NCBI GenBank assembly: GCA_038145565.1
Contig: JAYQPX010000001.1
Location: forward strand, 8,255 to 72,254
Reading direction: 5' to 3'
Length of the DNA: 64,000 bases
Source of the DNA: Chloroflexota bacterium
Lineage (GTDB): Bacteria; Chloroflexota; Limnocylindria; Limnocylindrales; Limnocylindraceae
The stretch's first letter is position 1. Every line of letters starts with the position of its first letter. The notes under the pieces were generated by a model. It was not told the origin of the DNA and did not search any database. It was given only the letters and a program-made list of their open reading frames with translations. Position numbers and translations under genes: made by a program. Positions 10,971 through 21,151 of this stretch are shown piece by piece.

Positions 10971-11698
10971 GCGTCACCCCCGCGATCCGGTCGAATGCGC
11001 GCTGCGGCACGGTTCAGTGTCTCCGCCAAGCGGCTGAGCGTGCGACGCAGCGTTCCGACCGCCGCATCGGCGCTACCAATCGCCTCGCCAATCTCTGCGG
11101 CAACGCTGCTGAGCGCCTCCTCACGGAGGTCTTCCAACGCGCTCGCGGTGGCGCGCAGCTCCGCCTCGCTCGCCAGAGGCATGAATCGATCCGCGAATCG
11201 TTGAGTGTTGAAGGTGGAAAGTCCGACGAGGAGGTCGGCCAACAGGGTGATCAACCCCACCGTGATCGCGAACCCTGCCGCGGGACCGGCGGCCCAACCG
11301 AACGGGAGCATCGTGAGGAGAAGCGCAACAACTGCAACAAGGACGGCGATCAGCAGCGCGCGCGCGCGGCGACCCGTGCTGATCCGCAAGATTGATGAGG
11401 CGATCGCTGCTGCAAGCGCGAGGAGGATCAACGTCATATGTGCCGCACCCCAGAGTTGGGAGCCGAAGAGTCCTTCGCCGAGGACCAGAAAGAGTGCGAT
11501 GAGGAGTCCGAGCAGCGCAGTCGCAACCAGCGAAACAACCGCAGCAGCGCCGATCAGTGTGAACAGCACATCTCGTGCGATCGCACCGAGCTCCGCACGG
11601 AACAGGGCCCAGTGGCCAGCGAAAAGCGCGCGGACCGCGGCGATCAGCTGATCGAGCGACTCGCTAAAGCTCTGCTCGTTCGCCTCGTGCTCAGCCAT
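10967..11698 (-). CDS. putative actinobacterial Holin-X / phage-holin-3_6-like membrane protein
   Basis: 243 aa. N-terminal motif SFSESLDQLIAAVRALFAGHWALFRAELGAIARDV followed by multiple TM helices. Resembles the Holin-X family. Confidence 0.55.
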   Translation of the reverse strand: MAEHEANEQSFSESLDQLIAAVRALFAGHWALFRAELGAIARDVLFTLIGAAAVVSLVATALLGLLIALFLVLGEGLFGSQLWGAAHMTLILLALAAAIASSILRISTGRRARALLIAVLVAVVALLLTMLPFGWAAGPAAGFAITVGLITLLADLLVGLSTFNTQRFADRFMPLASEAELRATASALEDLREEALSSVAAEIGEAIGSADAAVGTLRRTLSRLAETLNRAAARIRPDRGGDA

Positions 11699-12774
11699 CA
11701 GGCGATCGTCAGTGTCGTTCCGCTCTCGCTCGCTGCACGAACGGAGAGGCGTGCCGCCACCGCACCTGCAACAGACTTAAGCGCGGCCGCCGCTGGACCA
11801 GCTTCACGTTGCGCAACCACGGGAATTCCGGCATCGCCACCCTGGCGAACCGCCATCTCAAGTGGCACACGTCCAATTATCTCAAGCTGCTCTTCTTTCG
11901 CCAACCGCTCCGCGCCACCACGTCCAAAGATTTCCGTCAGATCGCCACAGTGCGGGCAGGCGAATGCAGACATGTTCTCAACGATTCCGAGGATTGGCAC
12001 GTTCATACGACGGAACATTGCGAGCGCTTTTGTCACATCAGAGAGGGCAACATCTTGTGGAGTGGTGACGAGCACCGCACCCGCGAGTGGTACTGCCTGC
12101 GCAAGCGTGAGCTGTGCATCGGATGTCCCCGGCGGAAGATCAACCACAAGGTAGTCAAGCTCGCCCCACTCAACATCGCGAAGGAACTGCTGGATCGCAC
12201 CGCCAATCAGCGGTCCGCGCCAGACGATCGGTTGCCCTTCAGGGACGAAGAATTGAATGGAGATCAGTTTCACGCCGTGTCGCTCGATCGGTTCAATCTT
12301 TCCGCCCGGACTCGACTTTGGCGTCCCTGTTGCGCCAAGCATCTGCGGCAGATTCGGTCCCGTAATGTCTGCATCAAGAAGTCCAACGCGAGCGCCGCTC
12401 TGCGCAAGGGCGACCGCGAGATTCACAGAGACGGTGCTCTTCCCTACCCCACCTTTCCCTGATGCCACGGCGACAACATTGCGAATGTTTGGCAGCAACT
12501 TCTCCTGGCTCGGCGCAGCGGCGCGGCGCACCTTCGCGCCCCAGCGAAGTTCGGTGAGCTGTATGCCGATCCCAACGAGGGCGCCACGAACGTCTCGTTC
12601 GATCACGTCTTTAAGCGGACACGCCGGTGTGGTGAGTTCGATCATTAGGCTGGCGTTCGACCCGTCAACCACCAACTCTTTCACCATGTCCAGCGTGACG
12701 ATGTCCCTGCCGAGTTCCGGCTCTTGGACGGCGCTCAACGCCTTCATCACCTGGGCCTCGCTGATCCCACTCAT
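11698..12774 (-). CDS. apbC: Mrp/ApbC-family Fe-S cluster carrier ATPase
   Basis: N-terminal DUF59 domain, deviant Walker A GKGGVGKSTVSVNLA, and the C-terminal CPHCG motif. Confidence 0.9.
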   Translation of the reverse strand: MSGISEAQVMKALSAVQEPELGRDIVTLDMVKELVVDGSNASLMIELTTPACPLKDVIERDVRGALVGIGIQLTELRWGAKVRRAAAPSQEKLLPNIRNVVAVASGKGGVGKSTVSVNLAVALAQSGARVGLLDADITGPNLPQMLGATGTPKSSPGGKIEPIERHGVKLISIQFFVPEGQPIVWRGPLIGGAIQQFLRDVEWGELDYLVVDLPPGTSDAQLTLAQAVPLAGAVLVTTPQDVALSDVTKALAMFRRMNVPILGIVENMSAFACPHCGDLTEIFGRGGAERLAKEEQLEIIGRVPLEMAVRQGGDAGIPVVAQREAGPAAAALKSVAGAVAARLSVRAASESGTTLTIA

Positions 12775-12930
12775 CGCCCCTCCTCGTGCTTACGGGCGGG
12801 CTCCGACCGTGCTCGGAGTGGCGCCGTTCTCGTCCCTGACATCGTACCCCGCAACGCCGTTTGACCCCACCCCCCTTGAGTCATACGCTTCGCTCATCCT
12901 CATGTTGAGGAGCGACGCGCGGAGCGCACT

Positions 12931-14046
12931 GTGGAGGTGACCCCAAGGGTGGCTGAAGTAGACGTCCGGCTGGTCAACGTGACCAAGAAGTTCGGGGATG
13001 CGATCGCGGTCGACGCGATCACGCTCGACGTGACCGACGGCGAGTTCTTCACCCTGCTCGGACCATCCGGCTGTGGCAAGACCACGACGCTGCGCATGAT
13101 CGGCGGCTTCGAGCAGCCAACCAGTGGGCTCATCGAACTCAAGGGTGTGGATGTGACCTTCCTCCCTGCGCATGAGCGGGACGTCAACACCGTCTTCCAG
13201 AGTTACGCACTCTTCCCGCACCTCAACATTTTCGAAAATGTCGCGTTCGGACTGCGGCGATCGGGAGTCAAGGGAGACGAGATCAAGCGCCGTGTTGGCG
13301 AGGCGATGGAGCTCGTGCAACTTGTCGGCTTTGAGAAGCGGGTTCCTGCGCAACTCTCGGGAGGGCAGGCACAGCGCGTCGCCCTCGCCCGCGCGCTCGT
13401 GAATGAGCCTGCCGTACTCCTTCTTGACGAGCCACTGGGCGCACTCGACCTCAAGCTGCGAAAGCAGATGGGCATCGAGTTGAAGCGCATCCAGCGTGAG
13501 GTCGGGATCACCTTTATCTATGTGACGCACGATCAAGAAGAGGCGATGACGATGTCTGACCGTATCGCTGTCATGAACAAGGGCCGCTATGAGCAGCTCG
13601 CGGGGCCGGAGACTCTCTATGAGCGACCGTCCACTCGCTTCGTGGCAGGCTTCGTAGGGGCAAGCAATCTTCTGGAGGGGAAGATTGGGAGCGATGCTGA
13701 TTTCTGGACGGTCACGCTCCCTTCGGGAGCGGTGGTGCGCGCACCGAAGAGCCTTGGCGACATAGGCAGTAGCGGAGCGATCGGTGTGCGCCCAGAGAAG
13801 CTCACGCTGCTCGAGCCAGGCCAGGAGTCGAAGGGGAACGCACTCGAGGGGACGGTCGTGGATACCAGCTATCTCGGCGTGATCACCCAGTACGTTGTGG
13901 AAGGGAAGGGCGGACTGCGCCTCCTCGTAAGCGAGCAGAACAAGGATCGCACCACGCGCAACGACACCTGGCGACCGGGCGAGAGTGTCACACTCACATG
14001 GAAACCGGAAAATGGCTTCGTCGTTGGCGATGCCGCAGGCGCCTAA
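12931..14046 (+). CDS. potA: spermidine/putrescine-type ABC transporter ATP-binding protein
   Basis: Walker A LLGPSGCGKTT, signature LSGGQAQRVALARAL, Walker B LLLDEPL. C-terminal TOBE-type domain. Confidence 0.88.
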   Translation: MEVTPRVAEVDVRLVNVTKKFGDAIAVDAITLDVTDGEFFTLLGPSGCGKTTTLRMIGGFEQPTSGLIELKGVDVTFLPAHERDVNTVFQSYALFPHLNIFENVAFGLRRSGVKGDEIKRRVGEAMELVQLVGFEKRVPAQLSGGQAQRVALARALVNEPAVLLLDEPLGALDLKLRKQMGIELKRIQREVGITFIYVTHDQEEAMTMSDRIAVMNKGRYEQLAGPETLYERPSTRFVAGFVGASNLLEGKIGSDADFWTVTLPSGAVVRAPKSLGDIGSSGAIGVRPEKLTLLEPGQESKGNALEGTVVDTSYLGVITQYVVEGKGGLRLLVSEQNKDRTTRNDTWRPGESVTLTWKPENGFVVGDAAGA

Positions 14047-14066
14047 GGCGCAGAAGGGGGTAACGG

Positions 14067-15263
14067 ATGGACGCGGAGAAGAAGTTCGGAACTGAACTCG
14101 ATCGGAGAACGCTCCTCAAGGCGGGTGCCGTCGCCGGCGCAGCCGCCTTCCTCGCCGCATGCGGCACCTCGGGAAGCTCGACGGCACCGAGTGAATCAAC
14201 GGATGGCGAGAAGGTGCCGAGCGAAGAGATCAATTTCGCAAATTGGACCTATTACATCGACGTAGATGAAGGCGTAGATACCGCGACTGCTGATACGTCA
14301 GAGAGCCTGCGCCGTTTCAAGGCCGAATACGGAACCACCGTCAACTACCAAGAAGTGCTGCTCGACAACGACGAGTTCTTCGGCACGATCAAGGCCCCCC
14401 TCGAGGCGGGCCAGGATACGGGTTGGGACATCGTCACGCCGACCACGTGGATGGCGAAGAAGATTGTGGACCTCGGCTGGGCGGAGAAGTTCGACAAATC
14501 GAACATGCCGAACTTCGTCGCGAATCTAGCCGACGAATTCAAGGGGCGCGCCGCCGATCCGGGGAACGACTACCTGGCCCCGTGGCAGTCGCTCATGACT
14601 GGTCTCGGCGTGAACACCAAGAAGACGACGCGCTTCACCAAAGTCTCGGGCCTATGGGACCCGAAGTTGAAGGGGAAGATCGTGCTGCTCACGGAGCTTC
14701 GCGACACCGTTGGCCTCGTGATGCTTGGCAACGGTGCTGACCCGGCGGCGCCGACTCGCAGCACCTTTGATGCCGCGATCAAGACGCTCCAGGACGCGAT
14801 CAGTTCTGAACAGGTGCGGAAGCTCTCTGGACAGGGCTACACCGAGTTGCTGATCAACGATGCCGCCTACGCGGCGATCGCCTGGTCGGGCGACGTAGGG
14901 ATCATTCAGGCGGAGAAGGCCGAGCTCGAGTTCATCGTCCCTGATGAGGGCGGCATGTACGCAACAGACAACATGCTGATCCCGAAGGGGGCGAAGAACA
15001 AGTATACCGCCGAACTCTGGATTGACTTCTACTACCAGCCAGAGATCGCAGCGATTGTAGAGGCATATGTGCAGTACATCTGTCCAGTGAAGGGTGCGGC
15101 CGAAGAGATCACGAAGATTGATCCTGCACTCGCCACAAATCCACTCATCTTCCCTGACGAGGCGACGAAAGCGCGCCTCAAGGTGTGGGGTGACGTGAGC
15201 GCGGAAGATCAAGCGTATTTCGACGAACAGTTCAGCGCAGTCGTCGAAGGCGTCGGCGCCTAA
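14067..15263 (+). CDS. polyamine-type ABC transporter substrate-binding lipoprotein (PotD/PotF-like)
   Basis: Tat-like RRTLLKAGAVAGAAAFLAAC signal with a lipobox. Periplasmic binding fold. Lies inside the ABC operon. Confidence 0.82.
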   Translation: MDAEKKFGTELDRRTLLKAGAVAGAAAFLAACGTSGSSTAPSESTDGEKVPSEEINFANWTYYIDVDEGVDTATADTSESLRRFKAEYGTTVNYQEVLLDNDEFFGTIKAPLEAGQDTGWDIVTPTTWMAKKIVDLGWAEKFDKSNMPNFVANLADEFKGRAADPGNDYLAPWQSLMTGLGVNTKKTTRFTKVSGLWDPKLKGKIVLLTELRDTVGLVMLGNGADPAAPTRSTFDAAIKTLQDAISSEQVRKLSGQGYTELLINDAAYAAIAWSGDVGIIQAEKAELEFIVPDEGGMYATDNMLIPKGAKNKYTAELWIDFYYQPEIAAIVEAYVQYICPVKGAAEEITKIDPALATNPLIFPDEATKARLKVWGDVSAEDQAYFDEQFSAVVEGVGA

Positions 15264-15288
15264 TTCGGATTCGGGAAGGGACGAGCGC

Positions 15289-16158
15289 ATGGGTCTGATT
15301 CGACGTCACCCAGCGCTCGTCCCGATCCTTCTCTTGGCGCCAGGCCTCACCTGGCTCGCGTCGTTCTACCTTGCGCCAAACATTCAGATGTTCGCCTCCA
15401 GCTTCTGGAGCGGAACGCTTGAGAGCGGGTTCAGCTTCAGCCTTGCGAACTGGGTGAACTACCCGAAGGCACTCGGCACCTATCAAGAGCAGTACATCCG
15501 CTCCATTCAGTACGGGTTTGCGGCAACCCTACTCTGCTTCGCGATCGCATTTCCGCTCGCCTATTTCATTGCATTTAGGGCGGGGCGTGCCAGAAGCATT
15601 CTTCTCTTCCTTGTCGTTGCCCCCTTCTTCACTTCGTACTTGCTGCGTACGATTGGCTGGCGCACGATCCTTGGAGACGACTCAATCATCCTCGGCCCAC
15701 TCAAGTCCATTGGGCTGATCGACCCATCCGCAAGGTTCCTGGACACGCCGTTCTCGGTGATCGCAGGGATTGCATACAACTTCGTCCCATTTATGATCCT
15801 CCCCATCTACGTGTCCCTTGAGAAGATCGACCGACGCCTTCTTGAGGCGGCACAGGATCTCTATGCAAGCAGCTGGGGCGCATTCCGTCGCATCACCCTG
15901 CCGCTCGCGATTCCCGGGATCTTTGCCGGATCGCTCTTGACCTTCATTCCGGCGATCGGCGACTTTATCAACGCAGAGTTGCTGGGAAACCCCGGGACAA
16001 CCATGATCGGCAATGTCATCCAGCGACAGTTTCTCGTCGTTCGTGACTATCCGACAGCGGCGGCGCTCAGCTTCATGCTGATGGTCCTCATCCTCGCCGG
16101 TGTCGCGCTCTACGGGCGCCTTCTTGGCACCGAAGAGCTCACCTCAAAGGCGATCTGA
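15289..16158 (+). CDS. ABC transporter permease (PotB-like)
   Basis: Six-TM permease with the EAA-type loop LEAAQDLYASSW. Confidence 0.85.
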   Translation: MGLIRRHPALVPILLLAPGLTWLASFYLAPNIQMFASSFWSGTLESGFSFSLANWVNYPKALGTYQEQYIRSIQYGFAATLLCFAIAFPLAYFIAFRAGRARSILLFLVVAPFFTSYLLRTIGWRTILGDDSIILGPLKSIGLIDPSARFLDTPFSVIAGIAYNFVPFMILPIYVSLEKIDRRLLEAAQDLYASSWGAFRRITLPLAIPGIFAGSLLTFIPAIGDFINAELLGNPGTTMIGNVIQRQFLVVRDYPTAAALSFMLMVLILAGVALYGRLLGTEELTSKAI

Positions 16159-16970
16159 TGCGCGTCCTGCAGCGACTCGGTGGACTGATCGCCTCTCGCT
16201 TCCTTGTGATCTACGCGAGCCTTGCGCTGCTCTATCTGATGCTGCCAATCATCACCATCGCCCTCTTCAGCTTCAACGACCCGATCGGCAGATCGAATTA
16301 CTCGTGGTCCTCGTTCACCTTTGACAACTGGTTAACGCTCTTCCGTGACCCCACGCTCGTCAAGGCGGTTGGAACTTCACTACGAATCGCTCTCGTCTCC
16401 ACGCTCGTCGCTACGACCATCGGCACGCTCATGGCGATGGCCCTGGTGCGGTATCGCTTCCGCTTCCGCAAGGCGATCGATCTCTTCGTCTTCCTCCCCC
16501 TCGCCACTCCCGAGATCGTGCTCGGCGCTTCGCTGCTCACTCTCTTTGTCACCCTGCAGATTCCGCTCGGCGAACTGACGCTCATCCTTGCGCACGTGAT
16601 GTTCAACGTCAGCTATGTGGTGGTGACCATGAAGGCGCGACTCTCCGGTTTCGACATGCGCCTTGAAGAGGCGGCAGCCGACCTTGGTGCAACCCCATGG
16701 CAGACCTTCTGGAAGGTCACCTTTCCGTTGATACTTCCTGGGATCGCCGCGAGCGCCGTCTTGGCCTTCGGCCTCTCGCTGGATGACTTCGTGATCACGC
16801 GCTTCAACGCGGGACAAGTGCAGACCTTCCCCGTCTACATCTACCTGAAGGTGCAGAAGGGGATCCCGCCACAGGTGAATGCCTTCGCCACCCTCTTTTT
16901 CGTGGCCACCGTTTCGCTGGTTGCCATCGGCGCACTCCTGCAGCGGCGTCGCGCTAACCTGAAGCCATGA
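16158..16970 (+). CDS. ABC transporter permease (PotC-like)
   Basis: Polytopic permease with EAA loop LEEAAADLGATPWQTF. Start overlaps the PotB stop. Confidence 0.85.
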   Translation: MRVLQRLGGLIASRFLVIYASLALLYLMLPIITIALFSFNDPIGRSNYSWSSFTFDNWLTLFRDPTLVKAVGTSLRIALVSTLVATTIGTLMAMALVRYRFRFRKAIDLFVFLPLATPEIVLGASLLTLFVTLQIPLGELTLILAHVMFNVSYVVVTMKARLSGFDMRLEEAAADLGATPWQTFWKVTFPLILPGIAASAVLAFGLSLDDFVITRFNAGQVQTFPVYIYLKVQKGIPPQVNAFATLFFVATVSLVAIGALLQRRRANLKP

Positions 16971-18304
16971 GCAGCGCGAAGCCGATCCCGGGACACGAGG
17001 TTATCTCCACCGTCTGGGGCAGGGCTGCCAGCGTCGATGTTGAGCGCGGCGAAGGCGCGTGGCTCATCGATCGCGCTGGTGAGCGTTGGCTCGACTACAC
17101 CTCGGGGATCGGCGTGGTGAACACTGGTCACGCACATCCGAAGGTTGCGGCAGCGATTGCCGAGCAGGCGACCAAGCTGATTCACGGTCAGCAGAACATC
17201 GTGTATCACGAGCCAGGTCTCCGGCTGCACGAACGACTCAGCAAGGTCCTTCCAGGCGGCCCGTGGGGCGTCTTCCTCTCCAACTCAGGGAGCGAAGCGG
17301 TAGAGGCGGCGGTCAAGCTTGCGCGCCGGGCCACCAAGCGACGCGTGATCCTTGTCTTCCGCGGCGGATATCACGGCCGCACGGCGCAGACAATGGCGAT
17401 GACCACAGCGAAGAACGTCTATCGCGGCCACTTTGAGCCGCTCCCCGGCTCCGTCTATCCGACCGCATTCCCGTACTGCTATCGCGCACCGGTTGCCGCA
17501 CGTGACGCAAGTGCGCCAGGGAGCGGTGGATCATGTGCCGGTTGCAGCTGCCGATGGGAAGAGGAGTGGGAGTTCACGCTGCACACGCTGGCCAACGCAG
17601 AGGATGTGGCCGCGGTCATCGTGGAGCCAGTGCTCGGGGAAGGGGGATACGTCGTTCCACCTGCGGGCTTCCTCCCCCGTCTGCGCGAACTCACACGCGA
17701 ACTCGGGATCCTGCTGATTGCAGACGAGGTGCAGACTGGATTCGGTCGCACGGGGAAGATGTTCGCCGTGCAGCACCAGAACGTGGAGCCAGACATCCTG
17801 GTGATGGCCAAGGGGATCGCCTCTGGTCTCCCCCTCTCTGGTCTCATCGCGCGCAAAGAACTCCTTGCGAGCTGGGCGCCAGGGACGCATGGCGGAACGT
17901 ACGGCGGCAACGTGATCGCGTGTGCCGCAGCGCTCGCCACACTTGACGTCATTGAGGACGAACGGCTCGTTGAGAACGCCGCGGCGCGCGGTGCACAGAT
18001 GCTCATTGGTATGAAGAAGATAGCGGCGGGACGGAGCGGAATCGGCGACGTACGCGGACTCGGGCTGATGCTCGCCTTTGAATTTGTGAAACCCGGCGAA
18101 GGAGACGGTCGGACGCCAGACCCTGACACCGTCAAGCGCGTCATCGCCGAGGCGAACAAGAGAAGGTTGCTCCTCCTATCGGCTGGCCCGTACGGTCAGG
18201 TGATTCGAATCATCCCGCCACTCGTCACCAGCGCCGAAGAGGTTGAGCTCGCGCTCAAGATCCTCGAGGAGTCGCTTGATGCGGCGGGAGTGACGCGAGG
18301 CTAG
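16967..18304 (+). CDS. class-III pyridoxal-phosphate aminotransferase (GabT / putrescine aminotransferase-like)
   Basis: 445 aa. Conserved blocks GIGVVNTGHAHPKV and DEVQTGFGRTGKMFA, plus the lysine block MAKGIASGLPL. Carries a Cys-rich insert, SCAGCSCRW. Confidence 0.85.
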   Translation: MSSAKPIPGHEVISTVWGRAASVDVERGEGAWLIDRAGERWLDYTSGIGVVNTGHAHPKVAAAIAEQATKLIHGQQNIVYHEPGLRLHERLSKVLPGGPWGVFLSNSGSEAVEAAVKLARRATKRRVILVFRGGYHGRTAQTMAMTTAKNVYRGHFEPLPGSVYPTAFPYCYRAPVAARDASAPGSGGSCAGCSCRWEEEWEFTLHTLANAEDVAAVIVEPVLGEGGYVVPPAGFLPRLRELTRELGILLIADEVQTGFGRTGKMFAVQHQNVEPDILVMAKGIASGLPLSGLIARKELLASWAPGTHGGTYGGNVIACAAALATLDVIEDERLVENAAARGAQMLIGMKKIAAGRSGIGDVRGLGLMLAFEFVKPGEGDGRTPDPDTVKRVIAEANKRRLLLLSAGPYGQVIRIIPPLVTSAEEVELALKILEESLDAAGVTRG

Positions 18305-18320
18305 CCTCGCCGCTTGAGCG

Positions 18321-19730
18321 CTATCCGCGTACCGCGCTGACGAGCTCGGCTGGGGCTGGCGGGAGCGGATCTGGAAGTTCAGGGACCCACTTGCTCACGA
18401 GTCCGCGTGTGCCCGCCACGCCAAGCTGGGTGAAGAGCGAGTGGAAACGGGCGCGCTGTGAGTCGAGGATCTCCGCCTTGCTGGCAACCTCCCAGAGTTG
18501 ACGCTTGAACGGGCCGAGCGCCTTCTTTCGCGTGCGATAGATGAACTGCTCCTCGCTATCCCCAGGCTTCGCTTCGTCCGCAGCGTTCGCCTTCAGCCAG
18601 GCGGTGATCTCGGCGCGCAACTCGCTCGGGAACGCGGGGTGGTCGTAGAGGGTGTTCTGGAAGCCAGTTGCAAGGTGCACCTCCGCGGTGCCCACTTCTG
18701 GGAATCGGTGGAAGAGGCTCTCAGGGAGCGTGGAGGCGCCATGCTGAACGACACCAGCAAGGCCGCGCGCTCGCGCGAGAGCGCCGAGCCGTTCAAGCAC
18801 GCCAAAATCCAACGCAACCTCCGCAACGCCACCGCCAGGAAGCGGGATCCCGCCATGGCTCGTCCCCGTCTGAACGGACACCTTGCTCAGCCCCCGTGCA
18901 CCAGGGAGCAGTCGCGCAAGTTCGGCATCAAAGCCATCCAGATATGCGGTCAGCTCTTCCTCGGTGGAGTTGTTCGTCCCTACTTCACCGATCTCTCCAC
19001 CTATGCTGATCTGTACTCCAGACGGCTCAATTGACCGAATGAGCGCCGCCGCCTCTGCACTGCGCTCCACATTCACACGCTGCTGTGCAGCAACGTTTGG
19101 ATGGGAGAGGTCGACGAGCGTGGATGCATCGATATCGATGTTTCGATACCCCGCATCCACCGCCAAGCGACAGGCGCGTGCAATCTCCGCCGCCACGGCG
19201 TCGGGATCGGCGGCGTACTTCTTTGCGACGAACTGATAATGATCTCCCTGAATAAAGAGTGGGCCGTGCCATCCGGCGGCAATTGCAGCGGCGAATATGC
19301 TCGTGGCGTAGTCAACGGGTCGCTGAAAGGTGTACGTCTGCTCGGAGCGGGCCAGCTCAAAGATCAACGCCGCCCCGTCCATGCGCGACGCGCACTCAAG
19401 CGCGGTGCGCGCCATGTCAAATACCTGCGCCCGAAGGTTAATGGCTGGAACGCTGAGTCCTTCGTATGCTCCAGCCGCTCGTGCCGCGTAAAGCGGGGCA
19501 ACACTGGAGCTATAGATTCCGCTGGCGGCGGCGGCGCTGCGGGCAAGCCACTGCGCACTCTTCACCGTCGCCTCATCCGCGGAGAACGCAGCACTCCAGG
19601 CGATGATTGCCGCCCCCTCACGGCGCATCAAAGCGGCGTCGGTAATCGTCAGCGTGCCGTTGCGTGCAAGGCTGAGCGAAGATCGCAGCGCCGCGAGAAG
19701 GACGTGTGGCGAAGAGGCGATCGTCGTCAT
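18321..19730 (-). CDS. class-II (metal-dependent) ketose-bisphosphate aldolase family protein, long form
   Basis: 469 aa. F_bP_aldolase-like blocks VPAINLRAQ, IQGDHYQF, SIGGEIGEVG and TSHGG. Confidence 0.65.
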   Translation of the reverse strand: MTTIASSPHVLLAALRSSLSLARNGTLTITDAALMRREGAAIIAWSAAFSADEATVKSAQWLARSAAAASGIYSSSVAPLYAARAAGAYEGLSVPAINLRAQVFDMARTALECASRMDGAALIFELARSEQTYTFQRPVDYATSIFAAAIAAGWHGPLFIQGDHYQFVAKKYAADPDAVAAEIARACRLAVDAGYRNIDIDASTLVDLSHPNVAAQQRVNVERSAEAAALIRSIEPSGVQISIGGEIGEVGTNNSTEEELTAYLDGFDAELARLLPGARGLSKVSVQTGTSHGGIPLPGGGVAEVALDFGVLERLGALARARGLAGVVQHGASTLPESLFHRFPEVGTAEVHLATGFQNTLYDHPAFPSELRAEITAWLKANAADEAKPGDSEEQFIYRTRKKALGPFKRQLWEVASKAEILDSQRARFHSLFTQLGVAGTRGLVSKWVPELPDPLPPAPAELVSAVRG

Positions 19731-19751
19731 AGATGCAGGATAGCCGAGCCT

Positions 19752-20480
19752 TTACTGACGCTCGCCCTGAAGCAGAATCGCGAGCCGCTCTTGACGCCGT
19801 GACTCGTATTCGGGTTGGGTGAAGCCGCAACGCTGCGCCGCTTCGGGTGCCGCCGCCCAGGCGAAGTCATCCCACGCGCCGACCCGCGCATCCCAGACCG
19901 CAAGTAGCGTTGGTGCGCGACGTTCGTTCACCTCACCTTTGTGGAGGAGGTGCGCGGCAACAAGCCGCGACTCGTCGAGGATTACGACCAGGCCGAGCCC
20001 ACGCAGGTCCCCCTCTGGGAGGCGGTGTGGATCGCTGCGCAGCCGATCGAGCAACGTGGCGAGATCAACGGCGCTCGCCTCACTGATTGCTGGGAACCCA
20101 CGACTGAGTGCGCGCAGTGCGGTGCGTGCCGTGAGAGGGTCAAGACCAGCGAGAAGTCCTCGGATGCGCAGACGACTGCTGCGCGGGCTCCGCGGCGCAC
20201 TCCCAGCAAGCGGATCCATGCAGCCGATCCCCGTTGGATCGGCAAGCCACTCAAAGTGGTGTCCGCTCTCGATCTCAATGTCGCGTCCACTCTGCGCGGC
20301 ACCAGGGACGGGTGATGCGAGTGCGAATGCATCGGCGACCCTCGTGGTCAGGGTGTCGGTTGGACCGGAGATCAGGATCGGAACTCCTGCGTCAACGAGG
20401 AGCGACGCATGTGCGAGAAGCTCCGCATCCGCGATCCCGTCGGCTACCAGGGTGCGGAGTGCCGCCGCCTCTTCACTCAC
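19752..20480 (-). CDS. hypothetical protein with degenerate P-loop-like motif
   Basis: 242 aa. VPILISGPTDTLTT resembles Walker A GPTGSGKT but lacks the Gly and Lys. 4-nt overlap with the upstream MBL gene. Confidence 0.5.
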   Translation of the reverse strand: MSEEAAALRTLVADGIADAELLAHASLLVDAGVPILISGPTDTLTTRVADAFALASPVPGAAQSGRDIEIESGHHFEWLADPTGIGCMDPLAGSAPRSPRSSRLRIRGLLAGLDPLTARTALRALSRGFPAISEASAVDLATLLDRLRSDPHRLPEGDLRGLGLVVILDESRLVAAHLLHKGEVNERRAPTLLAVWDARVGAWDDFAWAAAPEAAQRCGFTQPEYESRRQERLAILLQGERQ

Positions 20481-21148
20481 GGGCGTGTGACCTGCAGTCG
20501 TCCACTCTTCACTACGTCACTGATCCAGGGAAGTTCGTCGCCGATCGTGGTCGCAGCACCGTGACCAGGGATCACGCGCGTTTCGGGGCGGAGCTTCGCG
20601 AGTCGGCCGAGAGAAGCGACCATCGCTGCGTCATCGCCACCTGGCAGATCGGTTCGCCCCCACGCACCTTGAAAGAGCGTGTCGCCGCTGTAGAGAATCC
20701 CCGCCTCCTCGTCGTGCAGAGAGATGGACCCCTCGGTGTGTCCGGGCGTATGCATCACGAGGAGGTTGATTGCGCCCGCACGAATGCGATCCCCCTCGGA
20801 GAGATCGCGTGTTGGGATCACGGCAGGGATTGGAAATGGTGCGGCCATCGGACGAGGAACTTCTAGCCGGTGTCGATCGAGTGGATGCGAGCCGATCGGG
20901 AGTTCGCGTGACTCATGGGCGCGCACATGCCCTGCAAGTGCGGCGAGCTCACCCGTGTGATCCCAGTGGCCATGGGTGGCCAGCGCCAGCACAAGTTTCC
21001 ACTTGCGTTCAGCAAGCGCTGTAACGAGCTCCGCAAGTGATGGAATGGCGGGATCAATCACGATCGCTTCACGTCGAGCAGGATCGCCGATCAGCGCAAC
21101 ATTCGTGCGGAGCGGCCCCACTGGTAGGACGAGAAGTTCAGCGCTCAT
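20477..21148 (-). CDS. MBL-fold metallo-hydrolase (glyoxalase II-like)
   Basis: Metal-binding motif HGHWDHTG, then PGHTEGSI and a later H. 223 aa. Confidence 0.85.
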   Translation of the reverse strand: MSAELLVLPVGPLRTNVALIGDPARREAIVIDPAIPSLAELVTALAERKWKLVLALATHGHWDHTGELAALAGHVRAHESRELPIGSHPLDRHRLEVPRPMAAPFPIPAVIPTRDLSEGDRIRAGAINLLVMHTPGHTEGSISLHDEEAGILYSGDTLFQGAWGRTDLPGGDDAAMVASLGRLAKLRPETRVIPGHGAATTIGDELPWISDVVKSGRLQVTRP

Positions 21149-21151
21149 GCG

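Noticed and set aside
19101-19802. 233-aa plus-strand ORF overlapping the aldolase gene
   Set aside because: Antisense to the aldolase frame. Gly/Arg-rich and lacks motifs.
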